Translations under genes and position numbers: made by a program
The notes under the pieces: model-generated
What the model saw: only the letters and a program-made list of their open reading frames with translations
Told to the model about the DNA's origin: nothing
The model's database searches: none
Origin: the human T2T-CHM13v2.0 reference genome, Homo sapiens
Direction: 5' to 3' (one strand)
Assembly: GCF_009914755.1 (NCBI RefSeq)
Contig: NC_060942.1
Length of the DNA stretch: 64,000 nucleotides
In this document: positions 1-14,319 of the stretch, piece by piece
How the letters are laid out: the number at the start of each line of letters is the position of its first letter
Position numbering within the stretch: the first letter of the stretch is position 1

Positions 1-1165
<1,165 letters not shown>

Positions 1166-1399
1166 TTTAAACTCCTTATCGTGTTCTCAAAAACTGCAAT
1201 CCTGCCACTGCCCACCCCTCTTAGAGGGCTCATGACACTCTGGGCCCTCCAGCCTTCTTGTTGCTCCTCTCCCCCTCCAAGATTACCTTTGCTTCAGGAA
1301 CTTTGTACCTGTAATTACAGTAGCTGTTTCACATAACTTTGTTTAGTTTGCAGCATTTATTGCAACATAGGGTTTGCTTGTTTCTTGAATTGTCTACTT

Positions 1400-1535
1400 G
1401 GTCATCACCCAACTCTATCTCTCACCAGTATTTAAGTCCCCTGCGAGGGGAAACCTGGTCTACCTGGCACTAAGATAGATCTCAGGGACCTAGAACAATG
1501 TCTGGTGATTACAGACCTGCCATAAATAAAGAATA
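1400..1535 (+). mobile_element. L2 3' end relic
   Basis: CCTAGAACAATGTCTGG...CATAAATAAAGAAT resembles the L2 3' terminus. Confidence 0.55.
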
Positions 1536-1951
1536 TGCAATAGTAGGGGTGGCAAGAACTAAGAAGAAAAATGGAACAAGATAAGGAAAAAGATGGCATT
1601 TTATTAGGATAAGAAAAGGGTCTCTGATAAGAGTTATTTGGGCTAATATTCAAAGGGAATAAAGAATCCAGCTTTGTAGAGGATTTGGGAGAAGGATAGA
1701 GGGTACTCTAGATGGAGGAGACAGCAAGTATAAAGAAAAGTCCTGCTGAAGGAACAAGAAGGCCGGTATGGCTGCAGGACTAGACAAACCATGTTGATGG
1801 AGCCTCTGACCCCAGAAGCATAGTCCAGGAGTTCCTTAGTTCTTTCTGGAACCATATCCTGAAGACTGCTCAGTGCTTCAAGAGAAAGAGCAGGGTATGG
1901 GGCCCTCAATCGGGCATGGGCTATGGCCTCTGGATAGTGGTTTCTACCTGT

Positions 1952-2444
1952 TGTGGCATATTCTGGTCTGCACAATCTCTGCTCTGCTGTTATGGCACAT
2001 GGTAGGAGGGACGTGGCAGATGTCATTAAGGTTACTAAACAGTTGACCTTTAAATAGGAAGATTACCCTGGATTTTATGGGTGGGCCCAATATCATCACA
2101 TGAGCCTTCAAAGGAAGAGGTAGAAGAGAGAGTCAGAAAAATACAAAGCATGAGGACTCCATGTGCCATTGCTAGTTTGACTATGGTGGGGGCCATGTGT
2201 CACAGAAATGGGACTTCAGTTGTACAACCACAAGGAACTGGGTCCTGCCAGCAGCCTGCGTGTGCTTGAAAGTGGATTCTTCCCCAGAGCCCATTCCAGA
2301 TGATACCTTGTTTTTGGTCTTGTGAGGCCCCAAGCAGAGAATCCATTCACATTTCCCTGGACCTCTGACCTACAGAGACATGAGATAACCAATAAGTGTC
2401 ATTTTAAGCTACTATAGCCATGGTTAATTTGTTATGCAGGAATA
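1952..2444 (+). mobile_element. MaLR solo LTR (MLT1E-like)
   Basis: MLT1 motifs GCAGATGTCATTAAGGTTACT, GGGTGGGCCCAAT, CAACCACAAGGAACTG and TAATTTGTTATGCAG. Confidence 0.8.
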
Positions 2445-2797
2445 GCCTGAAGTTGAGAAGAATTATCAGAAGAAATATCACAAGTAAGAGTCAGGGAAAT
2501 CAGAAAATGCAGGACTGTCTGAGCAGAGCTCCCTGCAGAGAGGGGCTGTGGGGAGCCGGTGATGGCAAAACTCTGGGGGACTGGGGAAGTAGGAGCTCAC
2601 CTCAGCTAGCAGACCAAAGCAGGTGGCCCCCTGGTTGTCTCCCAGATTCCTACAGCTAAGAGAGCATGGGGATTTTCTGAGTGCACTCAAAGAAGCAGAC
2701 TTTGCTACTTCTAGTTGACAGCAAGAGAGGAAAAATGTGAGGAACAGAGGGAAGAAAGGTGATTGATTATACTCAGTGACTCGCTTGACCAGTAGAC

Positions 2798-3133
2798 TGT
2801 GGCAGAAGGGGTGTTCATGGATTTCTTGACCAGGTTATAAGAAGACTAGTGGCATCTTCCTGGGTCTTTTGAAACACTCATTCTTGGAGGCCTGAGCCAA
2901 CCACAACCCTGACAGGGCCACCCTGGTTGACACTCCCAGCTGAGTCTAGCCTTCCAGCCATCCACACCAAAGCCACAGGCCTCAAACAATGTCACACAAG
3001 CAGAAGAATTGTGCAGCCAAGACTTGTTTGAATTCTTGACAGCAAAATGATGATATATAATAAATCGGTTGGTGTTTGAAGCTACTAAATTTGGGGGCTA
3101 CTTGTTCTGCAAGAGTTGATATATGGAATAACA
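2798..3133 (+). mobile_element. MaLR solo LTR (MLT1H/I-like)
   Basis: Starts TGTGGCAGA; contains GCCTTCCAGCCATCCACACCAA and the 3' motif TTTGAAGCTACTAAATTTGGGGG. Confidence 0.7.
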
Positions 3134-3872
3134 TAGTGAGCATTGACTCATTCAAGCTTCATTTGGGGTGTAGAAATAAAAGCCACAGGAAATTAGCTCC
3201 CCCGTCACCCTTCAAAAGAGAGACACAGAAAACTTGAACCACTTGTCCCCTGGTGTGGACCCTCCCAAGGGGACTAGAGGTGGAAGAGACGCAGCTCTTA
3301 ACCCCAAGAGTCTCTGCCAAAGACACCTGCTAATGCTTTTTCTAAACCAGAGACCCAGGGGCAACATTGCACCAATGTGAAATTAGAAGTTAACATTTTT
3401 AGCCCTACCTGTCCATTGCAAATCCACCTCCTAAGCAGAGAACCACCCACACTCGGAATCTTCATCCTCACAATTCAGGTCTTGTTTGTAGCCCGAATGC
3501 CACAGCTGCGCTCACCTAAGTGAGGTGAATTCTCCCATCAACAAAACCCCGTGTGCCTTTAAGTTAGAAAATATCCCTGGTTTAGTCTACCTTTCATGGT
3601 TCCGGCTTAGTCACTTCAACTGTTAAATAACTTGTGACAAACTGCAAGATTTCCTTGATGCAACAATTACACGGCACTAAGTAATCTTATACCTACTGGG
3701 TTTTTCTGCTCCCTCTGCCATCATCTGCATCTGGGCACAGGGCTTCTGTGCTGTTCCATGGGACTGTATGATGCTTTGGTAACTGACATGGTCACAGGAA
3801 GACTCTGAAACAGGATATCAATCTGGGCATGGGGCGTTGCATTAACTGGAGGTTTACCTCAGATGACCTACT

Positions 3873-4177
3873 TTTTTTAAAGTTATTTCTTTTTTATTTT
3901 TTAAGAGCCTCAGTCTCAGTCACCCAGGCTGAAGTGCAGTGGAGCGATCATAACTCACTGCAGCCTCAAACTTCTGGGCTCAAGCCATCCTCCTGAATAG
4001 TTGGGACTATAGGCGCATGCCACTGCTACTGCACCCAGCTAATTTTTTTTAGTTTTTTGCAGAGACAGGGTCTCACTATGTTGCCTAGGCTGCTCTTGAA
4101 CTCCTGACTTCAAGCAATCCTCCTACCTCAGCCACTCAAAGTGCTGGGATTACAGGCATGAGCCACTGTACTCAGCC
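3873..4177 (-). mobile_element. AluJ
   Basis: Antisense Alu with J diagnostics (TCATAACTCACTGCAGCC, GGGTCTCACTATGTTGCC). TSD ATGACCTACT at 3863-3872 and 4178-4187. Confidence 0.93.
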
Positions 4178-4311
4178 ATGACCTACTCTTTCAACATAAC
4201 TGTTTCATTTTGAAAAACGTTAACTTCTAATTTCGCATTGGTACATGTGTGATGCAAAACAGTAAATTGTCTGGCTTTTCCAGGAAACCCCAGGGCCCCT
4301 CTAACATGAAC

Positions 4312-4430
4312 TTTATTCATTCACTATTCATTAAGTTATTAAGTGTGTACTATGTGGGGGGTAGATAGATGCACAATGATTCAGACAAGATCATCATTTA
4401 ATACTGTCCCCTGAAAAGTCTCTACCTTCT
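4312..4430 (-). mobile_element. L2 3' end relic
   Basis: TTCATTCACTATTCATTAAGTTATTAAGTGTGTACTATGTG is the reverse complement of an L2 tail. Confidence 0.55.
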
Positions 4431-4499
4431 AAAAGTTCTCAGTTCCTCAGAGACTGGAGATAGTGGAAACAGAAGGAAACTCAGGCTGGGAGCTGAGAT

Positions 4500-4685
4500 T
4501 GTGTGATGAGCCCTCATACTGATTGTGTGAACCTCCAAGGTGCCTCACTCCTCTGAGTATCCGTCTCCTCATCTGCTGCACATAGAGGGTCTCCCCAGCC
4601 GCATGTTTGTTATGGGCAGTTTTGAGAGTCAAATAAGACATTGTCTGGGAAAGTCATCTAAGAAGTATAAAGCTCTGAAAATGTG
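4500..4685 (+). mobile_element. MIR
   Basis: MIR core CTCACTCCTCTGAGTATCCGTCTCCTCATCTG followed by TTTGAGAGTCAAATAAGA. Confidence 0.65.
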
Positions 4686-4923
4686 AGTGAGAGCCCAGCG
4701 TGACCAAGCAGATGGCTAATTTAAACCTGGGAATCCCAACTCAGCATTAACCCTTCCTGTCTTCTCCCAGTTCGACTAGCAAGCAACTTCATTTGTTCAT
4801 TTAATAACATGCCTTCTTGTCATTTTTACTTCCATTCTCTATGTCACCTTTCCCTCCTTCACTATCATTTTCTACTAAAAATACTATAAGATGCTCAGAT
4901 GTGGCAAGGCCCCTGCCGCGCAC

Positions 4924-4935
4924 ATGCATATGCAT
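4924..4935. promoter_or_regulatory. Perfect MORE palindrome (POU-factor homodimer site)
   Basis: Exact ATGCATATGCAT inside the 14-bp palindrome CATGCATATGCATG (4923-4936). Function is untested. Confidence 0.4.
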
Positions 4936-6904
4936 GAGGTGGAGCTCCTGCCCCTTGGAGACACTGATGTCAGGACTCTGGGGAAATGACTAAGTAACCA
5001 TGACAACGTGGCTCAATGTTTCATCTTGCTTTGGAGGGCTCTGCGGATGGCCAGCCCTGTTACACAGGCAGGACAGTGACATTCCCTCGGCAAGGAGCAC
5101 AGAGTGCCCAGGTGGTGGCAGCCGGCCAGTAGTGACAGAGGGACCTCCACGCTTCCTTCCATCTGGCTCCCCTTCCCCACTCTGGTGAGCAGGGAGCAGC
5201 CTGTAATTTATCAGGCTGATTTCCCCCACTCAGGAGCAAAGCGCGCGTCGGGGACAGTGAGAGAGGCCAGGAAACACAGCCGACAGCCTTGAGAGTGTGG
5301 GTCGGAGATTTGATCTTTGTCAATTTCCTTCCCATCTTAACCAGGTGCCACTGACCCTCGGGTACCTACTGAGGGAGATTTTTAATATTTTAAAGTCATT
5401 AACTAGAGTGAATAAATGCTGAAATGTGGGCAGAGATGGAAAGAAGACAAATTCTGGATAAAAAGCAGCCAACATATTGCAAGCATTAAGGATGTGAGTT
5501 TTTCTTGTAAATCACCTTTATGTCAATAATAATAATTTAGTCACCATGTTACTTCCAAAGTGAACTTTCTCAGATAAACTTCTCTCACCACTATATTTTC
5601 TAGATCTTTTTAAAAAATGTAAGTATGTGTTTCGAGCTCCCATCACATACCGCTGAGATTTTGGAACTGTTTTATTCCATTTCCTCAGCCCTTCCCACTA
5701 GCAAAAAGTAATAATATAGTGAACACTCAGCATGTATACATTGTACCAGTCAATTTCAGAAACATTTCCACTGTTAAAAAATAATAATTTAATGGGGCCT
5801 CAGCATATGAATGTTACCCTATTGTTCAGGGCTATAATTTCAATAGCATTAAAAAAAAAAACCTCCCTCACAAACAGCAAACAGGATGTATATTGAGGGC
5901 TGTATTCCAAATGCCATACTTAGACAATTCAGAGACGTGTGAAAGAAAAGAAAGCAAACCACTTCAGCAACAACAATAAACAATAAAAGGAATGGGTGAG
6001 CACTGCTGAAGCACAGGATGTGGTGCTGATATCACCCAGGTCGGGTTGCTTTGTGAAATCCAGGGTGTCAAGGACCTCACTCCATATGTCACACTCTATT
6101 TTCAAACCTACCTTCCCAGAGCCAAGTGCAGGAGACACAGGCCCAAAGCTGTAGAGAATACCAGTTACAGGTGGCCCCCAGGGCTCTGATCAGAAAAGCT
6201 TCTCTGAGGAGGGGGCTCAGTTACCCTCTAAGTGTCCCCTACTGCGTGCATTGGTGCTGGCCTTCCTGTTCTCATCCTCCACCACATGGCCATCTGAACC
6301 CTGCCACTCATCAACCATCCCGGACAGTGATGATCTGACTTCTGGCCAACTGCCAAGAAAGCATCTCTGGGCTCCACACTCACAAATGTCAGGACACTTA
6401 AGCTATTTCTACTACCTTGTTAAGAAGGAAGATTTACAAAGAAACTCACAAGCAAAAGTATAATTCACAAGTATGGCAAAGTCACAGTTGCTAGGTGGGC
6501 AAATACCACAAGGGCCACGTTAATCCTGTTACCATACAAACGTGCAAGATTATCTTCCACAGTGCAATGTGCTACTCTGGGAAAGAGGAAATAGCTTTGG
6601 CCATACAGAACACTTTATTTAGAACTTGAGGCCACGGCAACAGCTATGTGTAAGTGGTACAAAGTCAAAATTAGCCAAACAGTAAGAAGAAGAGCCATTT
6701 ATCACTTCTTGTCTCTTTAGACTTCTTAAAAAGATGGCTTCCCTGACACTATTGCTTGTGCTGATTTAGTATGCCATCTTAACCCCCTACACACCAGGAA
6801 GGTGAGCCAGGTTTCTGGTCCTGAGTCACAGGACTTCTTAACACAGGTAGAACACTTGACTTCTGACCCAAATGGCCAAACTATGAGAAATTCTACATGC
6901 TTTG

Positions 6905-7870
6905 CATCAGTCAGGATTCTTAATTGCAAGGGAAAGAAGTTGACTCTTACTGATCAATTAGAAAATAACATTATTGTCAGGATACTGGGTAGCTCACAGA
7001 ATGGTAAAGAGGTAGAAAATGAGTTGCCAGGCGAGGTGGCTTACGCCTATAATCCTAGCACTTTGGGAGCCCGAGGCGGGTGGATTGCCGGAGCTCAGGA
7101 GTTTGAGACCAGACTGGGCAACAAGGTGAAACCCCGTCTCTACTAAAATACAAAACAATTAGTCAGGCGGGGTGTTGTGCGTCTGTAATGCCAGCTACTC
7201 AAGAGGCTGAGACAGGAGAATCGCTTGAACCCAGGAGGCAGAGGTTGCAGTGAGCCAAGATTGCACTCCAGCCTGGGTGACAGAGCAAGACTCCATCTCA
7301 AAAAACAAAACAAAACAAACAAAAAAAAAAAGAAAGAAAGAAAGAAAAGAAAATGAGCTTGTGGGGAAGTTTCCAGGAAACATACCCCAAAGCCTTGAAC
7401 TGGTCTAACAGGAGAAAAAGCGTCACTGCTGCTGTCACTGAGCATGAGACTTCAGATTTGTTCTGAACCCTCTTCTGCATAAGGCAGTTGAATTTACCAG
7501 GCCCAATCCACTCCTGTGCCAAGAATTCAACCTTGCAATCGCCCGCCAGCCTCAGCATGCTAACTTTTGTCCTTAGGCCTGTTGCCCCAGGGTCTCAAAA
7601 TGGCTGCCACTGCTCTAAACACAATCACATTCTAAGCAGGAAAAAAGGCAAGAGGTAAATTTTCCTCTTTCATCAGGAAGCAATCATTTTCCAGTAATTT
7701 CAAAGCAGACTTATCTTTACTTCTCATTGTTCAGACCTGAGTCTTGCTCCCTACCTCTCTCAATCTTGAAGGCAGTCTGGAAAAGAGGATGTCTGGGAAA
7801 TGGGGTTGAGTCACCCCTTAGGGCTACGTACATTGACAGTCTTCACAAACTTGGGGTTCTGTGGTAAAGT
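6905..7870 (-). mobile_element. Old MaLR LTR (MLT1K/J-like), interrupted by an Alu
   Basis: AGTCAGGATTCTTAATTGCAAG and GGATACTGGGTAGCTCACAGAAT upstream of the Alu; CAAAATGGCTGCCAC downstream. Confidence 0.6.
7025..7347 (+). mobile_element. Alu (S-type) with compound CAAAA/A/GAAA tail
   Basis: Full dimer. TSD AGAAAATGAG at 7014-7023 and 7348-7357. Confidence 0.95.
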
Positions 7871-8914
7871 GTATAGAATAAGTATGGTCTATTGGTAACA
7901 GAAATGGTATGTTACCTCCCACTGATCTCTTGAATTTGTTCCCTGGTGCTAGTTCTGCTCCTAAACATATTAAAAACTTGAGAAGGAAGCTTTTTCTCAT
8001 CACTCAGATTACCTGTAATTAGAATCCTCAGTCCCATGATATAGTCAAAATTTCAGTATTGTTGAAATCCTTCCTCATTTCCATTTCCTCATGAGCGTCC
8101 CCGCCCATAAAAAGTACCCGTGCAATCTGTACCCTGGCAATTTTTGAGAAAACAGGTCTTACAAACAGCCACCTCTCCATTGGCTCATCCATTCACAGCT
8201 ACTAAGCCCTTCTTTTATGCTTTAGACTTCTTGGGTGGCCCACAAGATCCCTTAATTTCAGGAAATGAATATCAAGTTCTAAAATACATCACAAAAGCCC
8301 CTCTCACAGGCTAAATGAGTAGGGGAATATCCTCTGTCGTTCACCCTGGTGAAATTGGGATCACAGCATAGCATTAGCTGACTCCCTCAAAACATGTTCC
8401 TAAAAAACCTCTCTCAGTCTCTGCTGTATATTTCTATATACCCATCACATGGTTGAGAAGTTCAAGAGTCCTGTAACTAGTTTTTGGTTGCCTTATTTTT
8501 TACCATATTCGACAGGGAGATCTGTTTTCCAACTCACATTCACATTTGATATCTCTCTTCTTAGGAATTCTGTTACAATGTCCTGTTACAGATGGAGGAA
8601 AGTGAAAAGGTTATTTTTTCCACAACTAACTGCATCTGCCACAGATTTTAAAATGTAACATATAATTTCACTTCCCTCCATGAAGGATTAATTGCTACAA
8701 GAATTGTCATCTTGCCATAAACAACAGAAATTGAAACAAAATATATGAAATAAGTACTTTCAGACGTTGAACAGAAACAATGAAAAATTGTGATCCCTGA
8801 GGAAAAAAAAGATACAAACAAGATGAGCCTTATGGTTGTCCCAGCTTATAACTGGGAGGCAGAGTCCAGACCACAGACCAAGGAATGGGAACTCCAACAA
8901 ATCCTAAAGTTCTT

Positions 8915-9298
8915 TCATTTTTCCATAGGTTATTGGGGCACAGGTGGTATTTGGTGATATGAGTAAGTTCTTCACTGGTTATTTGTGAGATTTTGGTGCA
9001 CCCATCACCTGAGCAGTATACACTGCACCCTATTTGTAGTCTTTTATCTTTCACCCCCTCCCACACTTCCCCCCAAGTCCCCAGAGTCCATTGTATCATT
9101 TTTATGTATTTGCATCCTCATAGCTTAGCTCCCCGATATCAGTGAGAACATATGATATTTGGTTTTCCATTCCTGAGTTACTTCACTTAGAATAATAGTC
9201 TCCAATCTCATCCAGATCACTGAAAATGCCATGAATGCACTCCTTTTTATGGCTGAGTAGTATTCCATTGTATACACATACCACAGTTTCTTTAAAGA
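8915..9298 (-). mobile_element. Short 5'-truncated L1PB 3' end nested in L1M
   Basis: L1PB 3'UTR (ATAGGTTATTGGGGCACAGGTGGTATTTGG, CCCATCACCTGAGCAGTATACACTG). TSD CTAAAGTTCTT at 8904-8914 and 9299-9309. Confidence 0.9.
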
Positions 9299-10041
9299 CT
9301 AAAGTTCTTACCGAGCTGAAGAAACATTGACCAGAGTTTGGGAAAGCCAAGGCAGCTAGAATTTTAAGGGCAAAGTAACATATGCAAGAAAAGAGTTCCA
9401 GAAATCTGCGTAAAAGTCCCTCGGAAGTTTGGTTTATTTGCTCATGCACAGGTCAATACCCCATTAGGCCAGCAAAGAACAGCTTCTAAGGAAAGAACAA
9501 TTATTGAATACCTATAAAATAAACAAATTCAAGAGTTTACATAAGGCTTAGGATTGACTTTTCAGAAAGGCTACACCTTAGAAGTGAAGGTAAATTAATC
9601 CTATAATAAAAGCCACCTCAAACTTCCTCTAATCAGGAATAAAACCAAATTATGAAAACAACAACTTATCCCAACTAACTTACCTGTGCGTCAAAACAAA
9701 GTCTATCACTCTTTAAAGAATACAAGATATGGCACAGAGGAACATAAAATTTACAATGTCCAGCATTGCATAAAAATAACTAGATAATCAAGAAGCAAGG
9801 AAAAGTGACCCATAACCACAAAAAAAATCATTCAACAGAAACAGCCCCAGAAATGACAAATGGCATTAGCATAGCTAATTAAGTTGAAATAAACAGCTGT
9901 TCTAAAAATGTTTCACAGCTTAAAGAGATAAATAAAAACATGAACATAATAAGGAGAGAAATAGAAGACATGAAAAGACCCAATTGGAATTTCCAAAGAC
10001 TCATGAACTTCAAAGTAGAAATATAAACTATCCAAAATGAA

Positions 10042-10043
<2 letters not shown>

Positions 10044-10088
<45 letters not shown>
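10044..10088. repeat. (CA)n microsatellite, about 22 units
   Basis: Uninterrupted AC run. Confidence 0.97.
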
Positions 10089-10090
<2 letters not shown>

Positions 10091-10357
10091 TACTGGAAAA
10101 AAAACAAAAACAGATCCCAGTTGCCTGTTATAAAATATCATCTAAATTACATATAATTGTAAGAGAAGGAAAAGGGAGAAGGATAAAAATATTTGAGGAG
10201 AAAAGAAGAAATGATTATCAAAATTTTTCAAATATGATAAACAACAATAAACTTACAGATAAGTGCTATAAGCCCCAAGCAGAATATTACATTAAGATGC
10301 ATCATAAACAACCAAAAACCAGTAACAAAGAGAAGAGTCTTAAAAATGAAGCAGAGA

Positions 10358-10652
10358 GGCTGGGTGTGGTGGCTCATACCTGTAATCTCAGCACCTCGGG
10401 AGGCTGAGGCAGGTGGATCCCTTGAGGTCGGGAGTTTGAGACCAGCTTGGCAAACATGGTGAAACCCCATCTCTACTAAAAATACAAAAATTAGCTGAGC
10501 CTGATGGCATGAACCTGTAATCCCAGCTACCCTGGAAAGCTGAGGCACAAGAATCACTTGAACCCAGGAGGCAGAAGTTGCAGTGAGCAGAGATTGCACC
10601 GCTGCTCTCCAGCCTGGGCAACAGAGAGACTCTGTCTCAGAAAAAAATTTTT
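10358..10652 (+). mobile_element. Alu (S-type)
   Basis: Full dimer. TSD TAAAAAT(G/C)AAGCAGAG on both sides. Confidence 0.95.
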
Positions 10653-13454
10653 TAAAAATCAAGCAGAGGGAAAAAAGACACATTAAATACAGAAGAACAA
10701 AGATGAGAATTAAAGCAAACTTCTTGAAAGAAAACACCATCAACCTAGACTTCTACATCCAGTGAAAACATCCTTCAAAAATAAAAGTAAAATAAAGAAT
10801 GTATCAGATAAACAAAAGTTGAGAGACTTCATCATTAGTAGAGACGTACCATAAAAACAATTCTTAAAGGAAAATTTTCAGGCAAAATATTATTAAACTA
10901 GATTGAAATTTGGATCTGCACAGAGGAAGAAAGAGTATCTAAAATGACAACTTTGTGGGGAATATAAAGACATAAAAATTTTTTTGATTCTTAATCTGTT
11001 TACAAGATAATTAATTTTGAGCCAAAAATAACCATATATTGTGGGGTTTATAACATACATAGAAATAAAATGTATAACAATAACAGCACAAGGGATGTGA
11101 GTGGAAAATCAAAATATATTGTTATAAGGTTCTCATACTCTACAAGGCGTGCCATAATATTATAAGAAAGTAGACTGTGATAAATTAAAAATGGATATTG
11201 TAAATTCTACAGCAACCACTTAAAAATAAGCAAAGAGGAATGACCAATAAGCCAATTAGGGAAATAAAATGAAATCATTAAAAACTACCCAATTACTTAA
11301 ACACAGAACAAATTTCAAGGGCAGTCAAGGGTCTCTTGGGATTTACATGTAATTGTATTGCCTGGAACCAAGCACTGTAGACTTCATTGAAGGGCTAGAC
11401 TTGTAATACTAAACCTTGGATAGCTCACAGTCTGTCTAACCATCCTTTTAAAGTGGGACTGGTCTTACTAAAACTACCAACGTGATCCCAAAAGAGTAAC
11501 ATATCAACCCATTACCACATTAGCATCCAGATGTATCACACAATCCAGCCAGGTCCCATGACAAATCAGGTTTTTGGTGGCTGAGAGATCCAAGGCTTGA
11601 AGATAAGTCTAGACCCCTAGCAGAGAGAAAGAGAGGCTGGCAGGTGGAGGAGGTGTCACACGTTTTGGTAAACTCCAAGAGGGGAGGGTCTGTATTGGCT
11701 TTGTTTGCCTCTGGATACCAACAGCTCACACAATAACTGGCGGCACTTATCAGAAACTCAATAAGTGGAAAGAAGGAAGAAAGACAGGAAGGTAGGAGGG
11801 AGAGAAGGAACATGTAGGGGAGAGAGGGGAGGAGGAGTCTCCCCGGCTCTGTGTCAGCACCTATCAGAAATCTGTGTCTCTGACACTTCTTACACATGAC
11901 AATAATAACCACAAAACTCAGAAACTAGAGTAGGGAGAAAGAGATTTGTCTTCAATGAATGTAGCACTTAGAGAAAAAGACCAGAGTACTAATATTTAAA
12001 CAAGTGTCAGATGCATCTCTCTCGGATGACTTAAAAGATTTTTCTTGGCTAACTAGTCAGATTTGTGCCAAGAAACATCCATTTACTCTGGCTGCCCAGC
12101 TACCACCTGACAATTGTCCTAAAGATTGATGCATAATATAATCAGGAAGGTATATCTGCACAAATTGAGAGGTGTGAATATTACGAAACAGGTCTTAATG
12201 CACATCAGAGGCCATTCCTCAGGCAGAACATTCAATTTAGAAATCTATCGTCACCTACATACATCTGCCAATAAATCACTGGAGAGATGCATTTATATCA
12301 AGGACAAAATACTTTGCCTTATGGCTCCTCCTAAGATCTTTGAAGATAAAATGGTTTATCCCCAGCATTTTTGTTTAAATGGCAATAAAAGCCTCACCTA
12401 ACATGAAGGTCAAGGTAAGTAGGGCAATTGACAGACATACCAATTCCTCAGGAAGGGAACAGGTCTCTAATCTGCATCTAGCAGAACTTAGAATTGATAT
12501 TGTCTCCTCACAATCTCATTGGTTGTCTTAACCTATAACATGTAGGCTTCATATATATGACTGTATGTGGTGACTTAATACCTAGAATTTCCCTAAACAA
12601 TTAAATATACGAACAAAAGAAACATTGAGTCTGTTTCATGAAAACATTGCCATGTGGCTAGAAAAACTATCTAGACCTAAATACAGCACCACCACCCTGC
12701 CACCCCTACCATTATCTATCCCATTTTCTACGGAAATAAATAGAATTTCTTGGAAATCATCATAAGATTAAGAGAGAAATAGTCTTTATAAATATGATCC
12801 CTCCAGTTTTCTCTCTCCTCCCCCTCCTCTTCCATCTCCCCTGCAACCCCCACTCTCTCTCTCTTTCTCCTGATAGGCTTGTTTTTTTCATCCCTCCCCA
12901 GCAAAGCTTTGCTTTTATCAATTGCCATTCTGCGAAATCTACACTTTGCTCAGCAATATCTACCTGAGCCATTGGAGTAAATTTTCTTCCAGCAGCTCCT
13001 GCATATTGTAGGGAGGCTGAGGAAGGAGGAGGTCCATCTCAGTGGGACATCTGTTTATTTTGTGTTTAACAAAAGAGAAAGGATTGCTTGCAACAACATG
13101 TTTTGGCTTGGGAGCCTGAATGTAAACTTACCACAGCGACCTAAGCTCACCTCAGGAACATTGTTAGCTGACAACCACCTTGGGAGTGAAAAACAAAATC
13201 CCATTCCAGCTCCCTTTGACTGATCTAAACTCCTTTTGCTGTCATTTAACACTGCAGATTTGATTTAATTTGATGAGACTTCTAAAACAATTTAGAAACT
13301 TAAGCATTTAATACCAACCCTGATCATTTCTCTTTCACACATGTTCAAAGGCTTCTTGGTTTATAAATAAAAACTAGGATCAGATGTAAGGGCCATGATG
13401 GTATTGTTTTTCTACTTTTTAGTCTTTAAGTAAAAGTTATCTTCCAAAGGCAGA

Positions 13455-13600
13455 ACCAGGAGGAATGAGTGGAAATTGCAGAAAAACAAGTTACAACTGA
13501 ACATAAGAAAGCACTCTCTAACCATCAGAGCTGTTGCCAATGGAAGGAAACTTCCCTGACCTGGGAGGGGTTCAGGCAGAGACTTGGAACCACATAAGGC
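13455..13600 (+). mobile_element. L3/CR1 3' fragment
   Basis: GAAATTGCAG...ACATAAGAAAGCACTCTCTAACCATCAGAGCTGT...TTCAGGCAGAGACTTGGA resembles the L3 3' region. Confidence 0.55.
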
Positions 13601-14319
13601 TTGGGTTGTATAATCTCTGCAGTTCATCACTATACATTATATGGCTCAAAAATTCGGAAAGGATTTTGCTTTCTGGCTACAATAACATGACATTTCAGCA
13701 ACAGAAAATCTAGGGTTACAAAAAAATGTGTTAAAGGATACAGAGTCTATGCTGAAAAAACAACTTGACTCTGTTCAGTGACAAACGAATGTACTGAAGG
13801 AAAGTAACAATCTGTAGGTGGAAGTTGCACCTTAGATCACTCTCCCTTTTCTTTGTCTTCTCACCAAAAACATGAAATTCTAGCTGAACCCGGTTATGCT
13901 GGTATATAGTGGGATTATTGTGATTTCATGTTTTTATAAAATACTCATTATGAAATGTCCCTCTACTGAAGGTAACAGGGTATAATATTTGTTTTATTGG
14001 CAGAAAAGAAATCTGCACCATGATTTCTGCTACCAGGAAAACTGCTTCAATTCAAACTGAATCTTTAAGTCTTTAAAGTTTCCACCTAGCAAACACCTGG
14101 AGGCTAGCAGCTGCCGAGCCATGCCTGTGGGCACGTCAGCAAGAAGACAGAACCCCTGTGTGTGTGACTAAGGGGAGAAGGGGCTGCATCTGGTCTAAGT
14201 TCTGCACCGCCCCCCTTCCCCCGTGACCAAGTCCTCTCATGCACAAATCGCTGGTACTCTGTCCAGCTACTTGCAGCTGCTTGTGACACTTTTCCTCAGC
14301 AGCCGCCATCCGTTACTCC

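Larger units (their letters stand above)
8710..11300 (+). mobile_element. Old L1M (L1MC/L1ME-type) 5'/ORF1 and inter-ORF region, fragmented
   Basis: A-rich ORF1-like remnants (AAAATCATTCAACAGAAACAGCCCCAGAAATGACA, CAACCTAGACTTCTACATCCAGTGAAAACATCCTTCAAAAAT) and inter-ORF-type text (GTAGACTGTGATAAATTAAAAATG). Confidence 0.75.

Noticed and set aside
1643-2026. 127-aa minus-strand ORF
   Set aside because: It partly overlaps an MLT1 LTR, has no recognisable domain and lacks supporting exon structure.
10228-10743. 171-aa minus-strand ORF and similar ORFs (7143-7445, 42720-43151, 44292-44558, 46414-46673)
   Set aside because: They read through Alu sequence ([18 protein letters not shown] peptides), a classic false-positive source.
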